From the NCBI GenBank assembly GCA_035292605.1, contig DATDPT010000069.1, positions 56,599 to 120,598 of the forward strand: a stretch of DNA of 64,000 nucleotides, given 5' to 3'. Shown here in pieces: positions 57,068-64,000 of this stretch. The translations under genes were made by a program, and so were the position numbers. Source of the stretch: Acidimicrobiia bacterium (lineage in GTDB: Bacteria; Actinomycetota; Acidimicrobiia; Spongiisociales; ZC4RG35). The stretch's first letter is position 1. Every line of letters starts with the position of its first letter. The notes under the pieces were generated by a model. It saw only the letters and a program-made list of their open reading frames with translations, did not search any database and had not been told where the DNA came from.

Positions 57068-59146
57068 TTAGGTACGCGGCCGAGATGTAACGAGGCCGCG
57101 GTCGTGGTAGTCAAGAATCGCTCGCTCGGCCGCTGAGCGGACTTCGTCTTCGGGTGCGTTTGATACGTCGATCATCAGGTCGATCGCCTCGGCCACAGGA
57201 ATCGGTCCCTGTGTGAGTGCTTCAAAGAGAGCTGCCGTTGAGAGTGTGAGCTCCAAGATGTTGGTCCGGAACGACCTTGCGTCCCTCTCGATGAGCACGT
57301 ACCACGGTCTGACACTCGTGAGATGAGGATGTCGAGAGAGACGAAGAAATCGGTGGGGGGCTGTGAGACCGAGAAGTCCAGCAGGAGCGAAATCCGCCGC
57401 GTCCGAGTCAGGTGTGGGTTCGGAGTAGAGGACCTCGGATCGGGTCCCAACGAGGAGAACCTGGTCTCGGATCAGACCGGCCTGCTCTCCGTCTGGACCG
57501 TTTGAATCCAGGCACGAAAGCACAAGTGCCTTGAACCGACCAAAATCGGACGGAAGCCCGGCATCATCGAGGACCCATTGCTCAAGAAAACGTGACCGGC
57601 TGGAGTCTCCAAGTTCACTGTACTGGGCGAATAACACTTCGAAAGGACGACTCAGAAAGTGGTACTTTTTTGTGAGGATGCTTCGACAGTATCGCTCAAG
57701 TGCCTCCTCATCCATCGATAGCTCGATCAGCGAACGACCTTCGTGTTGCGTGAGTTGCTCACGCGCAACCTCGGGAATCTCACCATTCCTGCGCATCGTT
57801 AATCGATACTCCCTGTCGGAATAAAGGCGAACCAATGCTCTATTGAAGCCGTCGATGGCCATTCTTCGGGTCTCCTTCTCTTGATAGTCAACGTGCACAG
57901 CCCCTATCAGGCGGTCGATCCAGCGCTTGCCAGTGTCATCGCTTGGCAGTGAGTACACGCTCCGACTCTTCTCGGCGATGGCTCCGCCAATGTCCGGATC
58001 CAATGCTGCGACGAGAGCTTCTGCGAGTTGATCGATCTCGCGCGGGTCGCTTACTAGAAGCACATTCTCTCTATCGATCAGAGGTTCGGTGGTTCGCTGG
58101 TATTCGGCGACATCCTTGGTGAGGATCACGCATTTTCCGGCACTCATGGCTTCACGGGGGATCTGGGGTCGATGAATCGTGATGGGAAACCTGTTCTCGA
58201 GAAAGGCAACAACCGAGGCGCGCGCCAGTATCTCCGGGACTCTCCAAGGTGGGAGGTAGGGAACAGCGATGAACCGTTCGGTGAGATTCCTGTTCTCAAC
58301 GTCACGAAGCAACCCTTCAAACCACGGCCCGCTCTGGCCGGTCACGAACAAGAGGCAGAAGTCAAGGCCTTGGTTCTGAAGGCGCTCAGCGGCCGCAATG
58401 AGCTCAGTGGTGCCCTTGAACTCCCCAAGCTTTCCGTAGACGAGAACCACCGGAGACGAGGTGGCCGTTGGCCCGATATACCGATAGTCGGACGAGCCAT
58501 CCAGGTCGGTCGCGAGGTCACGTAAGTCCAAAGGCATTGTCGCCTTGAACAGGGAGCGAGGCGCGAACAAGGGCCGCCCCACAATCATGCTTGCTGGGTC
58601 GGCTCCTAACTCCAAGACGGTTTGGGCCGCCGTCGGACTAGTAAGTATGCGATCCGCCTGCGCCAGTGCGGCCCCGTAAACGGAGCGCCTCGCAATCGAA
58701 GTAGAAAGGCGGGTGATGTCGCTTCCGGCGTGCATCAGATAAAGGGGGACCCCGGTTGCGGTGGCCGCAACCTGGGCAGCGACCCCAAACGGTTCCAGGT
58801 AGATGCCGATGACCGCTCGACAGTGCCCTTCATTGATGACTCGGACTGCCTCGCCCGAGAGTCGAGTGACCAAAGCGTTGGTCGTTGGGATCGAGTAGGA
58901 ACCTGACGATGACTCGAGATCATGGACCTTGACCCGACTCAGAGAGGGAAATTGATCAGACGCGTAAAGCCACTCGTTCGGCCGATGGAACTGGAGCTGA
59001 CTTGCTGATGGAACACGACCCGTCCCCACGACGTGCACATCATTGCCGGCTTCTGCTAGGCGATGTGTGAGCCATAGAGCTTGGGCGCTTGTCCCGCCTA
59101 TCAGGGGAGGGAACTTGCCGATGATGCATAGCGCAGTCGAGTCCAT
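57068..59146 (-). CDS. GT4-family glycosyltransferase with ~280-aa C-terminal extension
   Basis: N-terminal CIIGKFPPLIGGTSAQALWLTHRLAEAGNDVHVV and a GT-B C-terminal half (REAMSAGKCVILT); lower GC. Confidence 0.7.
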   Translation of the reverse strand: MDSTALCIIGKFPPLIGGTSAQALWLTHRLAEAGNDVHVVGTGRVPSASQLQFHRPNEWLYASDQFPSLSRVKVHDLESSSGSYSIPTTNALVTRLSGEAVRVINEGHCRAVIGIYLEPFGVAAQVAATATGVPLYLMHAGSDITRLSTSIARRSVYGAALAQADRILTSPTAAQTVLELGADPASMIVGRPLFAPRSLFKATMPLDLRDLATDLDGSSDYRYIGPTATSSPVVLVYGKLGEFKGTTELIAAAERLQNQGLDFCLLFVTGQSGPWFEGLLRDVENRNLTERFIAVPYLPPWRVPEILARASVVAFLENRFPITIHRPQIPREAMSAGKCVILTKDVAEYQRTTEPLIDRENVLLVSDPREIDQLAEALVAALDPDIGGAIAEKSRSVYSLPSDDTGKRWIDRLIGAVHVDYQEKETRRMAIDGFNRALVRLYSDREYRLTMRRNGEIPEVAREQLTQHEGRSLIELSMDEEALERYCRSILTKKYHFLSRPFEVLFAQYSELGDSSRSRFLEQWVLDDAGLPSDFGRFKALVLSCLDSNGPDGEQAGLIRDQVLLVGTRSEVLYSEPTPDSDAADFAPAGLLGLTAPHRFLRLSRHPHLTSVRPWYVLIERDARSFRTNILELTLSTAALFEALTQGPIPVAEAIDLMIDVSNAPEDEVRSAAERAILDYHDRGLVTSRPRT

Positions 59147-59164
59147 GCTCAGGTGCCAGTTGCC

Positions 59165-59998
59165 CTAACTGGGGAGGTCTCTTGAGATCGACTTGAGGCG
59201 GCCGACTTCGACAACTAGATCGGCGAGCATCTCAAACTTGGCGTCACGTTCCAGGATGATGATGCTCGGCCGCTGGACATTCAAGGCGTCCTCGTAAACG
59301 GAGAAGATCTCCTCCTGAATCGGAGCATCATGTGAATCAATAAGGAAACTGTCATGCCCGACCGAATAGCCGGCCACGTGGAATTGAGTCCATGGGACGC
59401 CTGCAATGTCGCCGAAGAGGTCATCCAAGTCACCAGCTATTCCGTTTGTCGCATTCAGCCACACGTTCGTTACGTCGACCAGGAGAGTTGCTCCAGTCCG
59501 TCGATGAAGCTCAGCGAGGAATTCCCCCCAACCGTACGTTGCCCCTGGGAGGCGTACCATTTCAGTGATCGTCTCGAGAACCAGAGGCAATCCGAGTTCC
59601 TCCCTCGCGATGTCAGCATTGTTGGCGATGACATCCAGGCCGCCTTGAGTGCGCCAAACGGGTGAGAGGTGCCAGATATCGAATCCTCCGGCGCGAGAGA
59701 TTGCCACATGTTCGCTGAAGTACGGCGGCTCGATAAGGTCTAGTAACCGCTTGAGATCGCCAAACATAGGCATCTCGCGAGGGTCTGATGACCCCAGAGA
59801 CATACTGACCCCATGTGGTATTAGTTCGAAGGACTCTCGAAGGGCTTCCAGTTCTCCGATGCGATCATTGGTTAATGGAAGGAATTGTTCGACAAGGATC
59901 TCCAGGACGTCAAGCTCGCTTGACAGCTCATGAAACTGGTCCGCCAAGGGCCGACGGTATCCGACTCCGAACTTCGTTTCGACAATGGACACGCTCAC
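59165..59998 (-). CDS. DUF692/MNIO-family enzyme (MbnB/TglH-like)
   Basis: Conserved DUF692 blocks HGVSMSLGS, EHVAISRAGGFD, LVLETITE, LLVDVTNVWLN, FHVAGYS, FLIDSHD. GTG start overlapping (GTGA) the AsnB-like stop. Confidence 0.75.
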   Translation of the reverse strand: MSVSIVETKFGVGYRRPLADQFHELSSELDVLEILVEQFLPLTNDRIGELEALRESFELIPHGVSMSLGSSDPREMPMFGDLKRLLDLIEPPYFSEHVAISRAGGFDIWHLSPVWRTQGGLDVIANNADIAREELGLPLVLETITEMVRLPGATYGWGEFLAELHRRTGATLLVDVTNVWLNATNGIAGDLDDLFGDIAGVPWTQFHVAGYSVGHDSFLIDSHDAPIQEEIFSVYEDALNVQRPSIIILERDAKFEMLADLVVEVGRLKSISRDLPS

Positions 59999-61638
59999 TT
60001 GGCCAGCTCCAGCCAGAACTCGGCGTACCACGTCTTCAGCACGGGGGGAAAGGGAATACGAGAGAACCACTCAGGCATGGCAGAGGCAATCTCAGACGCG
60101 GCGGCCTCAGTCGGCGGCTGTCGGAATCCCGCGTCGAACGCATTCGGAAGGCCAGATTTGGGCCGCGTCATGAATCTCTCCGGGAACTCATGCATAGATC
60201 TCAGCAATTGCCTCAGTAGGGGTTTCTGCTCCCAGGATTGAGTGTGAAGTCCGCGTTCAACCAAGCTGTCAGCGAAGGCGACGTTCTCCGTCGCCAGATA
60301 CGGCACACGGACCTCGAATCCGTGAGCCATTGACGCGTGGTCAAAGGGCAAGAGATGGGCATCGATAAGTTGGTGAGTCCTGTCAGTATTGGCGAACATC
60401 GAGTGTTGATACTGAGCACCGGCCCCGACGTTCTCAATGGCAGTTAGAACGGTATTGATGAGATCAGTGCTGTGTTCGACTTGGGAGTGTCTTCGAACGA
60501 TCCGTTCGATCCGCGGGCTCGGGTCTGCGTGCCACGGATAGCCCAAGTAGAGTTCGTCTGCGCCTTCTCCGCAGATCACCACCTTCGATTCTGGGAATTC
60601 CTTGCGAAGGCGAGCGAACATCCAGTACATCGTATAGGCGGAACTACCCCCCATCGAGAGAGCTGCTTTGCCGGGGCTCTCGAACAGGCCATCAAGTTCG
60701 GGTTGAACAGTCAGCAGCCGAATGCCGGCTTCGCGAGCTACATAGCGCGACCATTCCGCGTCCGGCGACCCAGGTGGGCCGACATAGACCCCCACCATTC
60801 TGTCTTTGAACCCCAGTCGAGACGCGAGTAGTGCAAGTAGTGATGAGTCAATCCCACCGGAAAGGAGTAGAAGAACTTCGGCTCCGGTGCCGTGAGTGAT
60901 GGTGTCGGTGACAGCTCTATCCAGAATGGAGAGTTGCTCTGCAACGATCGCTTCATCCGATCCGAGCGATCGAGTCCCGATTCGGCCGAGTTGTTCCCAC
61001 GTCTCCGAGATCGATCTAGGTCCATCCACCTCGATCTGGACAACGCTCGACGGTGGCACCTGTTCGATCCCTTCGATGACGCTGTTGCGGTAGTCCGAGA
61101 AGCCAAGGACGAAACGATTGACGAAGAAATCTCGGTTGAGGGCGATCCCATCCTCGGCCTGGACGCCGGCGACATGTGATGAGAGTGTTACCGCCATGCC
61201 GTCCTGAGCACGGTAAAGGAACAAAGGCTTGATCCCCTCCCTGTCTCGAGCTGCGACCACTCGCTTGTTCCTTTTGTCAACGATGACGATCGCGAACATT
61301 CCGTTCAGATCGTCGAAGAGGCGAATGCCGCGATATCGGTATGCCTCGCGGAGGAAGTCGTACTCGTTTCGAATTCCCCTTAATCCGTATGCGCTGGAGA
61401 GCGCCCGGTAGTTCCAGATCTCTCCGTTGAGTAGGGCGATGATCTCCTGGCCATCGTTCGATGATCCGATGCTGGCTTGCGGAGACTCGATAGCAAGGCG
61501 CACAAAGCCGGCGGCGTACCAAGCGTCGGCTTCCAACCAGTGCTCATCAGGGCCACGATCTTTGATTCGGAAGAGTCCTGTCTGGATACTTCCCCGCTCG
61601 AGTTCAGGAGCGTTGACGGTAACGACGATCCCACACAA
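59995..61638 (-). CDS. Asparagine-synthetase-like glutamine amidotransferase
   Basis: N-terminal MCGIVV (Ntn Cys) and PP-loop LLSGGIDSS; 547 aa. Confidence 0.85.
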   Translation of the reverse strand: MCGIVVTVNAPELERGSIQTGLFRIKDRGPDEHWLEADAWYAAGFVRLAIESPQASIGSSNDGQEIIALLNGEIWNYRALSSAYGLRGIRNEYDFLREAYRYRGIRLFDDLNGMFAIVIVDKRNKRVVAARDREGIKPLFLYRAQDGMAVTLSSHVAGVQAEDGIALNRDFFVNRFVLGFSDYRNSVIEGIEQVPPSSVVQIEVDGPRSISETWEQLGRIGTRSLGSDEAIVAEQLSILDRAVTDTITHGTGAEVLLLLSGGIDSSLLALLASRLGFKDRMVGVYVGPPGSPDAEWSRYVAREAGIRLLTVQPELDGLFESPGKAALSMGGSSAYTMYWMFARLRKEFPESKVVICGEGADELYLGYPWHADPSPRIERIVRRHSQVEHSTDLINTVLTAIENVGAGAQYQHSMFANTDRTHQLIDAHLLPFDHASMAHGFEVRVPYLATENVAFADSLVERGLHTQSWEQKPLLRQLLRSMHEFPERFMTRPKSGLPNAFDAGFRQPPTEAAASEIASAMPEWFSRIPFPPVLKTWYAEFWLELAK

Positions 61639-61732
61639 CAGAGAACGGCTCCTTCCCCAGCTCAGGCATGGCGGTCAGCGGCCAAGATGCTCTGCATATT
61701 GTGTGTGTCGATTATCAGTTCTGGAGCGCACA

Positions 61733-62254
61733 ATGATCACTAGGAAGGGCATACTAGATGGGGCCGCGTGGAGCGACCTGCCGTTGACGCTCGCCGTCGT
61801 ACTGTTGAGTCTCCGCGGTTACTCCACATTAACGAGCAAGTCAGTCCTTGGCAGTAGCGAGTACGGCATGTTCGCGAGAGGCCATCGTGAAATCGTACGA
61901 GGGTTTCCCATGGTCGAACTCCTTCAATCAGATGGGAGCACGACGGAGCTTCTTCACCCTAGATCTCTACTACCGATCGAAGCGGGTCATGCTCTGAACT
62001 GCTTTGCGGCAGTCTTTTTCGGCCACGACAGCGCAGCAAAGGCCCGTCTCGCAGACGTCGTCGTATCGCGACTCAACAAGGGGCACTGGCCGGCTCGCGG
62101 AGAACGGTGGCCTTCGCCGTCGCGTATCCCCGGGGTGCACTACATCGGGATGCGGGTCATCTCAGCAACGATCGATCTCAGGCCGCTTGCTCTGGGCTCG
62201 AGTGAGGTAGTGACGCCGAGCACGGTGGTTTTCGACTGGAGGTCAGATGGGTAG
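61733..62254 (+). CDS. Hypothetical protein
   Basis: Internal start MITRKG... (172 aa). 8-nt overlap with the downstream gene. Confidence 0.4.
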   Translation: MITRKGILDGAAWSDLPLTLAVVLLSLRGYSTLTSKSVLGSSEYGMFARGHREIVRGFPMVELLQSDGSTTELLHPRSLLPIEAGHALNCFAAVFFGHDSAAKARLADVVVSRLNKGHWPARGERWPSPSRIPGVHYIGMRVISATIDLRPLALGSSEVVTPSTVVFDWRSDG

Positions 62255-63098
62255 GTCACTCGACGAGAACCGGCCGATCGAAGACCGATTGTTACTCACA
62301 AAGTTAACGTGTGGTGCCGCTCTCATCAGGGTCGTCTGGGATTCGCCGAATCCTAAGTTTGTCAGCGACGTTGCTGAAGCGGTTGGTGAGTCTCGTGACT
62401 CTCCCACTCGGCTGACCACGGCATGGCAGCTGTATGCAATGCGAGCCGCGATCGCTCCGTGCGTTGTCTATTGGTGCGCGGGGAAGGGCAAGTGGGCGGC
62501 CGTGTCGGGCCTCATGTCAGTTGCAGTCTCCGCTCGCACGATGGCTCTCGTTAGAGGCTCGATCCCGGGGAGGTTGAGCACACGGCGACACCTGCATGAA
62601 GTCTCTTCGGTCATCGCGGTGTCGGACTTCTTGATTGCTGTCGGGCCATCGCAGGAGGCATCAGCACTCGCTCAACGAACTCGAGGTCGGGCGCTTTCGG
62701 GAGCTCAATTGATGGTGGCCGCCGTATACACACAAGCAGGTATCGCCAAACTGAAAAATGGCTGGTCGGGTTGGATCTCTCAAGGATCTTCACCGCGAAA
62801 CGCTCTTGCGATGTCGGGCACAGCGTTCGGTCGATTGCTAAGCAAAGAAGACCTGAGTGCTGCCATTGCTCGACCTGTCGTTCTGCTGGAACTTCTGTCA
62901 CTACCACTGGTTCTCGTGGGGGACACCGGTCGGCGGATTGTCGGCTTGTCTAATGTGAGTATTCACATTGGTAGCAACTACGCGATGCGCATCTCCTACT
63001 GGCACCTCGCGTGGCTAACGTCGGTCCTCTTGCTTCTCCCAGATTGCCTCGTGAAGAGACTGGCTTCCGCGTTGAGTTGGATCGGAGGGAGACACTGA
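62247..63098 (+). CDS. Polytopic membrane protein
   Basis: 283 aa with several hydrophobic helices. Confidence 0.45.
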   Translation: MGRSLDENRPIEDRLLLTKLTCGAALIRVVWDSPNPKFVSDVAEAVGESRDSPTRLTTAWQLYAMRAAIAPCVVYWCAGKGKWAAVSGLMSVAVSARTMALVRGSIPGRLSTRRHLHEVSSVIAVSDFLIAVGPSQEASALAQRTRGRALSGAQLMVAAVYTQAGIAKLKNGWSGWISQGSSPRNALAMSGTAFGRLLSKEDLSAAIARPVVLLELLSLPLVLVGDTGRRIVGLSNVSIHIGSNYAMRISYWHLAWLTSVLLLLPDCLVKRLASALSWIGGRH

Positions 63099-63147
63099 AT
63101 ACGGCGCGCTCCCGGGTGCGACACCAGTCGGTCGCCAGGGTGATGAG

Positions 63148-63306
63148 CTAGGTGCCGTGACTCCCGGTGCAACCGCTGCAACCCTCGCTGGTGCATCCAT
63201 CTGATGTGGCACATGAGTCGCCACTCTCAGCGGAATCGGCGTACGGGTCCACAACCTCCTTGATTGCGAACAGAGTCGCATGCTCCTGAGTGGTTGGGAG
63301 AGTCAT
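63148..63306 (-). CDS. Small precursor-peptide-like ORF (52 aa) with a Cys/Ser/Thr/Gly-rich C-terminal core
   Basis: Start ATG preceded by AAGGAGGA at 6-nt spacing. Product MTLPTTQEHATLFAIKEVVDPYADSAESGDSCATSDGCTSEGCSGCTGSHGT. The N-terminal extension in the ORF track has no RBS. Confidence 0.5.
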   Translation of the reverse strand: MTLPTTQEHATLFAIKEVVDPYADSAESGDSCATSDGCTSEGCSGCTGSHGT

Positions 63307-63598
63307 AACCCGTCCTCCTTGCCATAGGGACAACAAGTCTATGCCGGGAGTGAGCCGGACGTCAACGCATCCGAACGATTTTCTCGGGAGAGCTGCAGCC
63401 AAGATGGCCCATTGTGAGCGGATCACTAGGACGAGGCTGCTATCTGCCCCGGGGACCTGGTGCAGGCGACCGTCGTGGTCGCGTGAGTCGACCTCATTCA
63501 TTCTTGTCGAGGCTGGGCGCACCAAGGCCGCCAAAGCGCCCAGCCGAACAAAGTCACCAGCGACGCCTTCAAATCTAGTATGACGTCTTACGCATGGC

Positions 63599-63964
63599 TC
63601 ACTTGAATCGGTAGCGGTTCCACATGGCCGTTTCCTCCCGGGCGGTTTGGGCCATTTCGTCGAGGATCTTGCAAAGGGATTCTGACCCCTGCTCGAGACT
63701 CAAATGTCTCTCAGCTTGGGCGGTGAACCCGCCTGCGTCGATCAGAGAAGTCCCTACGGCCATGTAGGAGGTTCCGTTTGAGCGCCTGACCTCGATGGTG
63801 AGCTGCTCGCCGTTCCACTCCAAGGCATAGATTCCCTCATGGTCAACGACATAGGGGATGGGATGCGAATTCAGAATCTGTTCCACGACTCGGTGGGCAT
63901 GTGCTGTGAGCTCGGAGAGCCGGACACTGTCATCGGCGATCTCGTTGACGGCTTGCTCGACCAT
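63599..63964 (-). CDS. Hypothetical protein, possibly continuing beyond the window edge
   Basis: Open upstream to position 64000 with no stop. Confidence 0.35.
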   Translation of the reverse strand: MVEQAVNEIADDSVRLSELTAHAHRVVEQILNSHPIPYVVDHEGIYALEWNGEQLTIEVRRSNGTSYMAVGTSLIDAGGFTAQAERHLSLEQGSESLCKILDEMAQTAREETAMWNRYRFK

Positions 63965-64000
63965 CGAGACAAGGTCTGGGTCGGAGTCGTCGGTGTGGTC

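Noticed and set aside
59995-61638. AsnB-like gene as a lasso-peptide cyclase (C protein)
   Set aside because: No transglutaminase-like B protease or RRE partner nearby, and the N-terminal Cys nucleophile is retained, as in true amidotransferases. It is kept as a generic AsnB-like tailoring enzyme instead.
1-64000. CRISPR arrays or long tandem repeats
   Set aside because: No regularly spaced short direct repeats were seen on reading the sequence. The only clear repeats are the ISL3 IRs and TSD.

Overview
High-GC (actinobacterial-type) DNA in which almost the entire window (1 to ~50.5 kb) reads as one large integrative and conjugative element (ICE). It has a tyrosine integrase plus excisionase, and a MobF relaxase with primase, two SSB-like genes and ArdC. 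The conjugation apparatus comprises a split VirD4-like coupling protein, a split VirB4-like ATPase, membrane proteins and an M15 cell-wall hydrolase. A complete Tad/Flp pilus locus is embedded (CpaB, CpaE-like, CpaF, TadB, TadC, Flp-like pilin, three TadE-like pseudopilins). The element carries a Dcm–Vsr pair and an ArdC-like antirestriction gene. Its cargo and defence content comprises a McrBC-like type IV restriction pair next to a beta-class amino-methyltransferase, a four-gene locus with two HEPN-motif (Rx4H) proteins, a winged-HTH–CoxS [2Fe-2S] fusion protein, and a MacAB-like tripartite ABC exporter near a secreted cysteine-containing small protein. There is also an internally deleted IS256-family transposase gene split by an intact ISL3 element with a perfect 8-bp target duplication, and an IS3-family remnant beside a tRNA-3'-like fragment. 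Downstream of the integrase sits an ~1800-aa sacsin-type GHKL-ATPase–DUF3883 nuclease-like fusion protein (NO VEIN-like architecture). After it comes a lower-GC island (57–64 kb) that looks like an uncharacterised RiPP-type biosynthetic cluster. That island has a DUF692/MNIO enzyme translationally coupled to an AsnB-like amidotransferase, a GT4 glycosyltransferase with a long C-terminal extension, membrane proteins, and a 52-aa Cys/Ser/Thr/Gly-rich precursor-like ORF with a strong RBS. No rRNA, intact tRNA or CRISPR array was seen. Many long ORFs in the six-frame track are antisense or frame artefacts of the high GC content and are rejected.
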